53,640 nt of DNA from a virus (lineage: Duplodnaviria > Caudoviricetes), in the IMG/VR virus record IMGVR_UViG_3300022751_000002, positions 1-53,640 of that record; one strand, 5' to 3'. Of this stretch, positions 17,101 through 26,708 are shown piece after piece (the stretch's first letter is position 1; every line of letters starts with the position of its first letter). A model generated the notes under the pieces. That model ran no database searches and was not told the DNA's origin. It was given only the letters and a program-made list of their open reading frames with translations. Made by a program: the position numbers and the translations under genes.

Positions 17101-20100
17101 ATGGCAAATGATGGTGTTATTACGCAAAAAGATATTATAGAAGATAAAGCCCTTACTATCGGTAAACAATATGCTGATAATATGGTTCAGGCGATTGAAG
17201 CAAATAAACAATTTGTTGAATCATTGAAAGCCATTAATAAATTGGCTCAGGAATTCAAAGGAATCAAAGATCAATCAGGATACATTACAGCCAAGCAACA
17301 GCAAGCTTTAGAAACTCAAAAAATGATTGATGCAATTAAGCGACAAGAAGCCGCTGAAATTTCCATGAATAAAATTGAGCAGGAAAGAATTAAAACATCT
17401 AAAGCCGATGCGGATGCTCAAAATAAATTGTCAGTTCAAAAGCAACGAGGCACTAAACTAACACTTGAAGAAAGAATTCAATTAGAAATAGCAAATAAAG
17501 CAGCAAAACAAGCTACTTTGGAAAGATTAGGATTGGTAGGCGCTTATACCAAATTAAACGCAGCAAGAACAGCCGCTAAAAAAACACTTTTAGATTTATT
17601 GGCGGCTGAAAACCAAGATATAAAAGCGATTAAAGAAGCGACTAAAGCTTTTGATGCTTTAGATAAACGAGTTCGTGCCGCTGATCAGGCTGTTGGTGAT
17701 TTTCATAAATCAGTTGGTAATTATCCAAATTTAAAAGGCTTTGCAAAAGGTTTAAAAGATTTGGCAGGGGCTTTTGGTTTGGTTGGCGGGATTACTGCAT
17801 TTGCTGCAATATTAGGTGATGCCTATAAAACTATAAAAGCTTTTGAACAATCATTAGCTGATTTAAGTTCAATTACAGGCGCAACGGGTAAAGACTTATC
17901 ATTTCTTAAAAACTCAGCTATTGATTTAGGTCAAAAGGTTCAAGGAGGCGCACAGGCTGTTGTTGAGGCTTATAAATTAATTGCAGGTGCTAAACCTGAA
18001 TTACTTGATAATGTTAAAGCATTGAACCAAGTGACAGAAGCCGCAATTACTTTATCTCAGGCTGCAGGTTTAGAACTTCCGGAAGCGGCAACTGCTTTAA
18101 CTGATGCAATGAATCAATTTGGCGCGGCGGCTGATGAAGCGCAAATTTTCATTGATGCTTTGGCTAATGGTGCAAAATATGGATCTGCTGAAATTCCTCA
18201 ATTAACTGAATCTTTATTAAAATTTGGGGCTGTTGCGCGTAGTTCTAATGTTAGCATACAGGAAAGCGTTGCATTAGTTGAATTATTGGCTGAGAATGGA
18301 TTAAAAGGAGCGGAAGCAGGTACAGCATTGAGAAATGTGTTATTGAAGATTTCAGCGCCTAATGCATTGCCGAAAATGGCACGTGCTGAATTTGAAAGAT
18401 TAGGTATTTCTTTAGAAGAATTAGGTAATAACGCTATTCCTATTCAAAGAAAATTAGAATTACTAAAACCATTATTAAAAGATAACGCATCGATTGTAAA
18501 AGTTTTTGGTCTTGAAAATGCAACGGCTGCAATCAACGTTCTTTCTCATACCGATAGATTGAAAGAGTTGACAGGTCAAATGAATGAACTTGGTACTGCT
18601 GAAAAACAAGCTGAAACTCGTATGAATACGTTAACAGGTAAAACGGAATTACTTAAAAGTACTTATGATAGTTTCATTTTATCAATCGGAAATGGTTCAG
18701 GTGTGGTTTCTGAGTTCTTTAAATTCTTTATCGATGGTGCAAGCGGTGCTTTAAAAGAATTAATCAGGTTAAATACTTCATGGGATGATTTGTTTGGTAA
18801 AGCAAAACTAGAAGGTGCTGCGGAAGGCGCTAAAGCATTTTCACAAAGATTGCAATTCCAAATGTCAGGAGGCTCAAAAGATGAGGCAGGGCAATTAGAT
18901 GCAATTAGAAAAGCAGCTTTCAATCAAAGAAAAGTATTGTATGAGGAATTTTTGAAAAATCAAAAGCAATTAAAAGATTTTAATCCTTGGGCGATTAATT
19001 TATCCGGCGTTAGCGGAAAGGATCTTAAAAAACGTAAAGAAGAACTTTTAAAAGCTATTGCATTAGAAGAAGAGGTCATGAATCAGGCTGAAGCCAAAAA
19101 ACTATCTTTAAATAAAAAGAAAGGTCCCGTTGCAACAGCAGAAACTCCAATTGTGGGATTATCAGACAAAGAACTTAAAGATGCTTTAAAACGCCAAAAA
19201 GAATTAAACGATACTTTGTTTGAATTGGAACACCAAAGGCTAGAAAGAATCGCCCAATTAAACGGTGAAATTGTTTCTGATGATAAATTAAAAGATGATA
19301 TCCGAATAGGTGCTGCTAAAAATGTAAACAAAGCCGAATTAGATTTAATCGATCTTGTTAAAAAGCATAAACTTGATGCTGATAAATTCGTTTTAGATGA
19401 AGATAAAATGAATGCCAATCAAAAGTTATTCATAGAGCGTGAAGCAGCCAACAAAATCGTTGATATAAATAAAAAAATGCAAAAAGACATTGATCAAATT
19501 CGTTTGTTCGATGAAGCATCATATACTAAATCAATGGAAAAGCGTATTTCTCGTATCAATGAGAATATGAATAAGGAGTTAGAACTTGAAAACATTCGTT
19601 TTAAGGAATTAGGCGATTTAGAATCATTGAAATTTAGTGAACGCGAAAAGCTTACGCAAGATCATGAAAACAGGATTTTTGAGATTAAAAAGAAAGCTGC
19701 GTTGGCTTCTTTGCGTGCCCAGGCTGATACTTTACAAAATGAATTAGATGCTTCAGATGCATTACCTGATAAAGAGCGTTTGACTGCTGAAAAACGTCAG
19801 GAAATAGCCGAAAAACTAAGTAAAGCTAAATCAGATATTGCAGAAAAAGAGTTAGAAAAAAATGATAAGAAGAATAAAAAAATATTAGATGCTGAATTAA
19901 AATTAGCTGAAGATATTAGAGAAATTTCAAATGATTTAGCTAATGCATTGGGAAGTTTAGCAGATGCAATTTCAGAACGTAAACTCCAAAATATTGAAGC
20001 TGAAATCGATAAAAACAATGAGTTTTATGATAAACAAATTGAATTAGCCGGCGAAGATGAAAAGCAAAAAGATCTTTTAGAAAAAGAGCGAGAAAAAAAG

Positions 20101-20721
20101 AATGAAATTCTTGAAAAGAAAAAGCGTAAAGAACAGGAAAAACAAGCTAAGTTTAATAAAGCTTTGGCAATCGCTCAGGCTGCGATTAATTTAGGTGTTG
20201 CCGTTACTGCTGCGTTAACAGTTGCGCCACCTGCATCATTTGCTTTTGCTGCCATTACTGCTGCCATTGCTGCGGTTCAATTGGCCGCTGTTATCGCTAC
20301 ACCAATCCCTAAATATAAAATTGGTCGTAAAGGTGGTAAAAAAGAAAAAGCGATTATTAATGATGGAGTTACGGGATCAGGAAATTATGTTCCGGAAGTT
20401 GTAGAATCAAAAGATGGAACCGCTAAAATTTACGAGGGAAAAAATCGTTTAGTTCAATTAATGGAAGGTGATACGGTTCATAAATCTGTTGAGGATTACA
20501 CGGATAAAGAGCGTAAAAAACTATTAAATGGAGTTCAGGAGGAAGGAAAAAAACTAAATGAATTTCAGCGATTAGTTATTGTAAAAGATAAAAGAGATCC
20601 TGAATTAATAAATAAAATTGATAAACTGATAGAAGTAACCCGAAGAAACAAACCTTCAAAATCAGAGCAAAAAAACGTAGATTTGTCTCATGCTTTTTGG
20701 AAACTTAAAAACCAATTGTAA
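17101..20721 (+). CDS. Tape measure protein (TP901 core)
   Basis: FEQSLADLSSITGA, GLKGAEAGTALRNVL, long coiled coil, SVGNY, PIPKY. Confidence 0.95.
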   Translation: MANDGVITQKDIIEDKALTIGKQYADNMVQAIEANKQFVESLKAINKLAQEFKGIKDQSGYITAKQQQALETQKMIDAIKRQEAAEISMNKIEQERIKTSKADADAQNKLSVQKQRGTKLTLEERIQLEIANKAAKQATLERLGLVGAYTKLNAARTAAKKTLLDLLAAENQDIKAIKEATKAFDALDKRVRAADQAVGDFHKSVGNYPNLKGFAKGLKDLAGAFGLVGGITAFAAILGDAYKTIKAFEQSLADLSSITGATGKDLSFLKNSAIDLGQKVQGGAQAVVEAYKLIAGAKPELLDNVKALNQVTEAAITLSQAAGLELPEAATALTDAMNQFGAAADEAQIFIDALANGAKYGSAEIPQLTESLLKFGAVARSSNVSIQESVALVELLAENGLKGAEAGTALRNVLLKISAPNALPKMARAEFERLGISLEELGNNAIPIQRKLELLKPLLKDNASIVKVFGLENATAAINVLSHTDRLKELTGQMNELGTAEKQAETRMNTLTGKTELLKSTYDSFILSIGNGSGVVSEFFKFFIDGASGALKELIRLNTSWDDLFGKAKLEGAAEGAKAFSQRLQFQMSGGSKDEAGQLDAIRKAAFNQRKVLYEEFLKNQKQLKDFNPWAINLSGVSGKDLKKRKEELLKAIALEEEVMNQAEAKKLSLNKKKGPVATAETPIVGLSDKELKDALKRQKELNDTLFELEHQRLERIAQLNGEIVSDDKLKDDIRIGAAKNVNKAELDLIDLVKKHKLDADKFVLDEDKMNANQKLFIEREAANKIVDINKKMQKDIDQIRLFDEASYTKSMEKRISRINENMNKELELENIRFKELGDLESLKFSEREKLTQDHENRIFEIKKKAALASLRAQADTLQNELDASDALPDKERLTAEKRQEIAEKLSKAKSDIAEKELEKNDKKNKKILDAELKLAEDIREISNDLANALGSLADAISERKLQNIEAEIDKNNEFYDKQIELAGEDEKQKDLLEKEREKKNEILEKKKRKEQEKQAKFNKALAIAQAAINLGVAVTAALTVAPPASFAFAAITAAIAAVQLAAVIATPIPKYKIGRKGGKKEKAIINDGVTGSGNYVPEVVESKDGTAKIYEGKNRLVQLMEGDTVHKSVEDYTDKERKKLLNGVQEEGKKLNEFQRLVIVKDKRDPELINKIDKLIEVTRRNKPSKSEQKNVDLSHAFWKLKNQL

Positions 20722-20723
20722 AA

Positions 20724-22955
20724 ATGGGAAATGTAAATCAAGGATATTTTGATAGAATAAGGTATATACTTAGAAACATTCATTTTGATGATGAAACTAT
20801 TACGGAGCCTGAAGGATGGAAAAGCGACGAAGTTGAATTAGAAAGAAGTAAAACGTACCACGGTATTTTTCAGCAATTTTCCAACTCTTTAAAATTTGTT
20901 GATGATGGCGCTTCATACATAAATACTGTTCGCCAATTATACGGAATCAACGAACGTATAAAGTTGATTCGTGAAGAAAGAAATCCTAAAACTGATGTGT
21001 GGGAACAAACGTATTTCGGATTTTTAGATTTGTCTACATGGGAAAGCCAAGAAGGTAAAATTTCGGTAAAATTCAATTCGGGAGGAATGGAACAAGCTAT
21101 TAAAGCGCGTGATTCCGACAAAGTAGAAATAGATAGGATAACTACATTTGATGGTTATCCTATTGATGCTTTGCAACCTATCACTATTGAGGTTGATGGA
21201 CGTGAAATATTTTTGAAATCTGAATATAAAGTAAAACCTGAAGAAAATAGAGTTGAATTAAATAATAGTACAACAGCAGGAAACACTAGAGGTTCAACAG
21301 TTGGCGTACCTTTAAATTTGTTCAGTAAATCTCATGAAAACGCACAATCGGTTTTACCTGGCGGCAATGTTGGCGATAATAGTTGGGACAGAATGGCACC
21401 GGGCGAAGTAAGTAATATGTTTTTCGCAGTTTCAGATCGTAAAAGAACTTTGCATATTAAATTCAGTATTAAATTTACACCCGCTTTTTTAGACTTCAAT
21501 GACGTTACTAATTTTAGATTTTGGTTAAGATTCGCACATTATAAAGACAGTAATGATTTTAATGTTAGAGAAAATAAAATGCTTTTTTCTAGTGATAGTT
21601 ATTCTTATTTGGACAATAAAACATTTTCAATTTCATTTGATCAGGTTATTAATGTCGAAGCAGGTGATTCTTTAGCACTGGTTTTTGATCAGAATTATGA
21701 TGGTCGGGATGGTCATGCATCAAGATTAAATATTTTAGTGCGTGATATTGTGTGCAACGATTTTACAATTGAAGAAGATTCTTTTGTTGAAAAAAGCACT
21801 ACCAAAGGTATTTTAATTTACGAATTATGCGATAGACTACTTACTATCTGCACTAATCAAAAGAATTCGCTTAGAAGTAATCTTTTAGGACGTACTGATT
21901 TGGGTTATAATATTGATGGAAAATGGTCGCTAATGGGTTTTAATCACGGTTTTTGGATTCGTGGTTTTGATAAAAATTCGCCAACTGATGAAGCTGCTAA
22001 AGTTGAAAATCTTTTTAAACCATTGTCAACATCATTCAAAGAAAATTACGAATCATTAAATGCTGTTTTAGCTGTTGGCATCGGAATAGAGAAGGAAGGG
22101 AATAAAGATGTGCTGAGAATTGAGGAACAATCATTTTTCTATAATAGAAATGTTACTGTAAGACTTCCAAATCAAGTTAAAAAAGTAAAACGAAACGAAG
22201 CCCCGGATAGCTATTTTTCATCTTTAGAATTCGGATATGATAAAGGCGGTGACTATGATGAAGCCATGGGACTTGACGAACCAAATGCAAAATCTAATTT
22301 TACAACCGTTATAAATGGGTTAAAAAATACTTTCAGTAAAGTATCAAAGTTTCGTGCTGATAGTTATGGTTTTGAGTTCGCAAGAAGAAAGCCGGTAACG
22401 CTTAATAATACTGAAGATACAAACTATGACAATGATATTTGGTTCAATGATTTAAAAAGAGGTCCGAATAATGTATTTTTGCAACGTAAATGGTACGATG
22501 ATTTTGCTAAATTGCCAACAGGAATTTTTAGCCCGGGAACCGCATTTAATTTAAGGCTTTCGCCTTTTAATATTTTGTTGCGTCATGGATGGTTTTTTGG
22601 TGCGGGATTCGATAAGTATCAAGATGAATTTGTTAGATACGCAAGTTCTACCGCTAATTCAAAATTAACTACTCAGCTGATTGGAAAGCCGGAATATTCA
22701 GAAAATGGAGTAGTTCAAAATGCTGAATTAGAAAAGGCAAGATTTGTTTGTGAAGAAATAGAGTTTGAACATATTTGTGATTATGATGTAATGAATCAAA
22801 TTAACGGTACAAGTATGATTAATGGTGCTCCGGTTAAAAATGTTTATGGATTGATTGAGTTTGTAAATGAATTCAATCAGGTGGAAAGAGGTTTTTTACT
22901 TAATTTAAAACCAAATAATGAGGGAAAATTTAAGTTGCTAAAAGTAAATATATAA
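20724..22955 (+). CDS. Tail tip/hub protein
   Basis: Follows TMP; beta-rich. Confidence 0.7.
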   Translation: MGNVNQGYFDRIRYILRNIHFDDETITEPEGWKSDEVELERSKTYHGIFQQFSNSLKFVDDGASYINTVRQLYGINERIKLIREERNPKTDVWEQTYFGFLDLSTWESQEGKISVKFNSGGMEQAIKARDSDKVEIDRITTFDGYPIDALQPITIEVDGREIFLKSEYKVKPEENRVELNNSTTAGNTRGSTVGVPLNLFSKSHENAQSVLPGGNVGDNSWDRMAPGEVSNMFFAVSDRKRTLHIKFSIKFTPAFLDFNDVTNFRFWLRFAHYKDSNDFNVRENKMLFSSDSYSYLDNKTFSISFDQVINVEAGDSLALVFDQNYDGRDGHASRLNILVRDIVCNDFTIEEDSFVEKSTTKGILIYELCDRLLTICTNQKNSLRSNLLGRTDLGYNIDGKWSLMGFNHGFWIRGFDKNSPTDEAAKVENLFKPLSTSFKENYESLNAVLAVGIGIEKEGNKDVLRIEEQSFFYNRNVTVRLPNQVKKVKRNEAPDSYFSSLEFGYDKGGDYDEAMGLDEPNAKSNFTTVINGLKNTFSKVSKFRADSYGFEFARRKPVTLNNTEDTNYDNDIWFNDLKRGPNNVFLQRKWYDDFAKLPTGIFSPGTAFNLRLSPFNILLRHGWFFGAGFDKYQDEFVRYASSTANSKLTTQLIGKPEYSENGVVQNAELEKARFVCEEIEFEHICDYDVMNQINGTSMINGAPVKNVYGLIEFVNEFNQVERGFLLNLKPNNEGKFKLLKVNI

Positions 22956-22958
22956 GAT

Positions 22959-24989
22959 ATGGCATATTCTAAAATAACAATACAGTTTAATTCTGTTCCG
23001 CTTTTCAATCAATCAGTTTATTTTGATCAGGAAACGGCCGGGGCTCCTAATTTTATGCGAGAAACTTTTTTAACTTCTCGTTTAGGACCTAATCAGGCAG
23101 AATTACCAAAAGATATATCTGATGAAACATCGATAGAACCCGTTTATGCAGGTTTTGCTTCTGATTTATACAGAACTGCATTCAATTTGGATTACAATTC
23201 AGCTAATTTATTTACAGTTGAATCGATAAGAGGTGCTGTTAATTCCGGAATAGGAACGGTTATTATAACGGCTAATTTTCCTAATGCCGTTTTTTCCAAT
23301 GCTTCAGCAGATGGTGACGTAACTTTTACAATTGAAAACGAACCTTCCGTTCCTGTAATATCAATTACAAGTACTTCTTTATCAGAAGCAACTACAAACA
23401 AATGCCAAAACGTAAAAGTAAATGCTACAACAAGTATATTAGCGACTAAAATATTGAGCCCAATTGTAGTAAATCCAAATTCAGCAAACCCTTTTTCTTT
23501 TGATTGGTTGCGTGGACAAACATTTAATTTACTTGTAGAGGATTCAAACGGGTTTCAGGCAAGTCAATCCGTTACAACGCCAAGTGTTTTAACACCTGAT
23601 AATTTCGCTATAACTGCAAATAATAGTCCTAACGGAGGTACGGCAATTATAACGCCTATCGGATTGACCGGATTAGAATTAGAGTATAGTTTGGATGGCA
23701 TTACATGGCAGGAAGAAAATGTTTTCCCGGGTTTATCAGTTGGAAGTTTCACCGCTTACATGCGTGATAATTTTGGATGCTCAGTTACGAAATATTTTGT
23801 TATAAGTGAATTCAATGTTACAGAACCATATTTTTACATTTCAAAGTCAAACTCTATTCGTTTTGCATTACGCCAAACTTGGAACGATATCACTATTTTC
23901 AAAACAGATGAAAATACTTTGAGTTGTGAAAGCGATGTTGTTTTACCATATCAGGAAATTCAGGATTTTAAAACTGAAGATATTATTACAACACAATTTA
24001 AATCGAACTACGAAACCAATGTTGTAAAAACAATTGATAGCAACGGAGTAGAATTAAATGTACCTATCTACAAAAAAAGCAATAACATTGGCATAAAAGA
24101 CAAACGTCAAGCGATAAAATATAACTTAGGAAATTCTAAGACAGGAATTTATTTTGGTGCAGGTAATACATATGATTTTGATACGAATGTTGTAAATGGT
24201 AGCTACGTTTTGAATGGCGGGCTTCCGGAATGGGGTCGAATTGGAAATTATATCCAAATTGATGCAGCATGGTTTGAAATCGAACAAATTATTTATGATG
24301 ATTCCAAAACCGCCGATGTGTTAGTTATCTCAAATATTTATACAGGAATCGATGCTTCTATAATTGTGGGATCTATTTATAATCGTGAAAACTATGAGGT
24401 TTACGAATTCATTAATAACATGATTGATTTTGAAAACAATCTATTTAGAGTTCAAATCAATGCAGAAAATGAACTATTCCCTGATATTGAATATCTGAGC
24501 GAAGAAATAAATGTTTCAGATAATGTTGAAGATCTTTTAGAATTGAAATACAAAAACAATTCAAATACCGATATCGTTTATTCAACAGGAATAGAACATT
24601 TAATTAGAGTACCGTTCAATAAAATTAATGGTAAATACGATGAAGAATCAGAAACTTATAAAACTGATACAACATCAAAATTATTGAGCGCTGATTTATA
24701 TGAAGTAGACGAATTCGTTTTCGAGCCTAACACGAAAGAAATTTGGAGAAAGATAAATATAGCTCTTACACATGAAATTGTCGTTATTAATGGTGTTTCT
24801 TATGTAAAAAACGCAGGTTTCAATACTGATGGACCTTTGGCAGAAACAAATTTATATGTTTTAAGCGCTACGATGGTTAAAACAGGCAATGTTTATAATA
24901 GTAAATCTAATGCGCCTTTTGAATATACTGAAACTCCAATTGATATGCCGGCATTGATTAAAACAGATTCAGGATTTTTGGAAATTTAG
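22959..24989 (+). CDS. Minor tail protein with Ig-like/SprB-like segment
   Basis: EYSLDGITWQEENVFPGLSVG..RDNFGC. Confidence 0.7.
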   Translation: MAYSKITIQFNSVPLFNQSVYFDQETAGAPNFMRETFLTSRLGPNQAELPKDISDETSIEPVYAGFASDLYRTAFNLDYNSANLFTVESIRGAVNSGIGTVIITANFPNAVFSNASADGDVTFTIENEPSVPVISITSTSLSEATTNKCQNVKVNATTSILATKILSPIVVNPNSANPFSFDWLRGQTFNLLVEDSNGFQASQSVTTPSVLTPDNFAITANNSPNGGTAIITPIGLTGLELEYSLDGITWQEENVFPGLSVGSFTAYMRDNFGCSVTKYFVISEFNVTEPYFYISKSNSIRFALRQTWNDITIFKTDENTLSCESDVVLPYQEIQDFKTEDIITTQFKSNYETNVVKTIDSNGVELNVPIYKKSNNIGIKDKRQAIKYNLGNSKTGIYFGAGNTYDFDTNVVNGSYVLNGGLPEWGRIGNYIQIDAAWFEIEQIIYDDSKTADVLVISNIYTGIDASIIVGSIYNRENYEVYEFINNMIDFENNLFRVQINAENELFPDIEYLSEEINVSDNVEDLLELKYKNNSNTDIVYSTGIEHLIRVPFNKINGKYDEESETYKTDTTSKLLSADLYEVDEFVFEPNTKEIWRKINIALTHEIVVINGVSYVKNAGFNTDGPLAETNLYVLSATMVKTGNVYNSKSNAPFEYTETPIDMPALIKTDSGFLEI

Positions 24990-25025
24990 TTTATATTTGC
25001 ACTAGCGTCAACTATCAATTTATAG

Positions 25026-25061
25026 AAAAAACCCGAACCATTAATTTGATTCGGGTTTTTT
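25026..25061. terminator. Bidirectional terminator between convergent units
   Basis: aaaaaacccgaa/ttcgggtttttt. Confidence 0.8.
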
Positions 25062-25400
25062 ATTAAAGAAATCTTCTTTCAGCATTTTAAAATTAAGAAG
25101 CGGAACCTGTCTAGATTTTTTAATGTAACTATCTATTAATTTACTTCTTAATATTTCTTCGTTTAACTGAATAACTTTAACTTCTTTAGTTGGATTTTTC
25201 CTTTCATTTACTATTTTAGTGTAAGTTTTATAAAAAATATAAAGCGAACTACAAAACATATAAAATCCTAATAAAAAGAAAAAAAAATAATTTTCGATAC
25301 CGTTTTCAAATGCGATATACATGAAAAATGGTCCAGATATGAAAAATAACAAAAGCGTAATCACATGTATTATGGCGATAATATTTTCTAATGTTTTCAT
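25041..25400 (-). CDS. Two-TM membrane protein (moron)
   Basis: Two hydrophobic helices. Confidence 0.65.
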   Translation of the reverse strand: MKTLENIIAIIHVITLLLFFISGPFFMYIAFENGIENYFFFFLLGFYMFCSSLYIFYKTYTKIVNERKNPTKEVKVIQLNEEILRSKLIDSYIKKSRQVPLLNFKMLKEDFFNKKPESN

Positions 25401-25403
25401 AAT

Positions 25404-25709
25404 TTACATTTCAAATGTGTTATTTTTTTTATTCGTATCGAAATAGGGAAAATCATGTATTTTACCTTTCCATTCCAAAACTTCAGTATTAAGAATATTA
25501 TCATTTACAATACCTAATTCTGTATTACCTGACATTCTATATTTTGGAATTGGCATTCTTTTTTGTTGAGATGCTTGAATTGCTTTTTGAACAAAAATCA
25601 TTGCTTTTAAAATTATAGGACTTACTTTTTTCCAAGCCTTCTGAGTTTGGGTTAAAGTTGACTTTCTTTTCTTTTTATTCTTGTGGATTGAATAATAATT
25701 TTTTTTCAT
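25404..25709 (-). CDS. Small basic protein with TMP C-terminal-like motif
   Basis: MPIPKYRM..ELGIVND..EVLEWKG. Confidence 0.7.
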   Translation of the reverse strand: MKKNYYSIHKNKKKRKSTLTQTQKAWKKVSPIILKAMIFVQKAIQASQQKRMPIPKYRMSGNTELGIVNDNILNTEVLEWKGKIHDFPYFDTNKKNNTFEM

Positions 25710-25933
25710 AGTTCTTTAATTTCATATTTAACTTTTTTCCACCAATCAGAATTATAAGATTCTACATTGTTGTATTCGCAAGCTGATATTATTTCATCAA
25801 CACATTTTACAGCACAATCTTTTGCTAATTTATCCTGTTTGGCTGTAGAAACTGTTTGAGGTGTTATATAATAAAATAACTCGTATAATTCAATTGCTTT
25901 TTCTTTTGTTGTCATAACTTTTATTTTTTCCAA
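25706..25933 (-). CDS. Hypothetical protein, paralog of 43727..43948
   Basis: TTKEKA..WWKKVKYEIKEL. Confidence 0.7.
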   Translation of the reverse strand: MEKIKVMTTKEKAIELYELFYYITPQTVSTAKQDKLAKDCAVKCVDEIISACEYNNVESYNSDWWKKVKYEIKEL

Positions 25934-26106
25934 AATCCCTTTAGGAATATATCGATTTTTGTTTCATTACTTCCTTGTGTTGTGTAATCAACTTCTATTA
26001 GTCCATCGGGCAAACCAATGCATTTGCCAACAGCAATTTTATCATCGTATTCGAAATAAAGAGGATCTCCAATATTTATTTCTTTTGGGTCGCTGAATAA
26101 GGTCAT
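25921..26106 (-). CDS. Hypothetical protein
   Basis: Minus-strand operon. Confidence 0.6.
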   Translation of the reverse strand: MTLFSDPKEINIGDPLYFEYDDKIAVGKCIGLPDGLIEVDYTTQGSNETKIDIFLKGFWKK

Positions 26107-26107
26107 G

Positions 26108-26392
26108 TTAAATAATTATTTCAGCGTTAAATTCAATATAATTCTTATTCCTTAATCCTTCTCTATATTCAGCTTCACTTTCTGATTCCGGTTGTTTATT
26201 ATCAAATGGATCAATCATGGTAAAACCTAAAAGTTGCTTTCTTTTTTCAATTGGTAGACTATCAAAAGTATCTGTTAGAAAATTTCTTTCAGCAACTTCA
26301 ATATAACTTTTAGGCGCATCAGCATAAATATGCCTTTGATTACGCCATCTTTTTTTATCGTTCGGGAATATTTCGTTTACTTCCATAATCAT
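26108..26392 (-). CDS. Hypothetical protein
   Basis: Minus-strand operon. Confidence 0.6.
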   Translation of the reverse strand: MIMEVNEIFPNDKKRWRNQRHIYADAPKSYIEVAERNFLTDTFDSLPIEKRKQLLGFTMIDPFDNKQPESESEAEYREGLRNKNYIEFNAEIII

Positions 26393-26607
26393 TAATTTAA
26401 ATTGTTTAAAATATTTTCTTTTGTTTGTTCATCGATGATATGAATATTTTTATGTTCGTGCTTATGGTGATGAACTGAGTTATCAACAAAAGTATAAGTT
26501 GATTTCTTTTCACGTGGGCAAAAGATATGAAAAATGCCCGTAGCTATTTTGTATCCAACATAACCAAACAGCCAAAACCCTAAACCGATTATAAAAAATA
26601 CTATCAT
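26392..26607 (-). CDS. Single-TM protein with His cluster
   Basis: N-terminal TM; HHHKHEHKNIH. Confidence 0.65.
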   Translation of the reverse strand: MIVFFIIGLGFWLFGYVGYKIATGIFHIFCPREKKSTYTFVDNSVHHHKHEHKNIHIIDEQTKENILNNLN

Positions 26608-26611
26608 ACAG

Positions 26612-26619
26612 CAAATTTA
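26612..26619 (-). promoter_or_regulatory. -7 element of the moron operon (near-leaderless)
   Basis: TAAATTTG on minus strand 5 nt before ATG 26607. Confidence 0.6.
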
Positions 26620-26653
26620 TGACAAAATAGCATTGAAAATTTGGTAATACGTA

Positions 26654-26688
26654 GTTTAGATTAATTCTAAATAGTTTTAGTACATTTG
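26654..26688 (+). promoter_or_regulatory. Tail spike/lysis promoter with 19-bp box
   Basis: GTTTAGATTAATTCTAAAT; TACATTTG 26681. Confidence 0.7.
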
Positions 26689-26708
26689 TAAAACTAAATA
26701 CTTAAATT

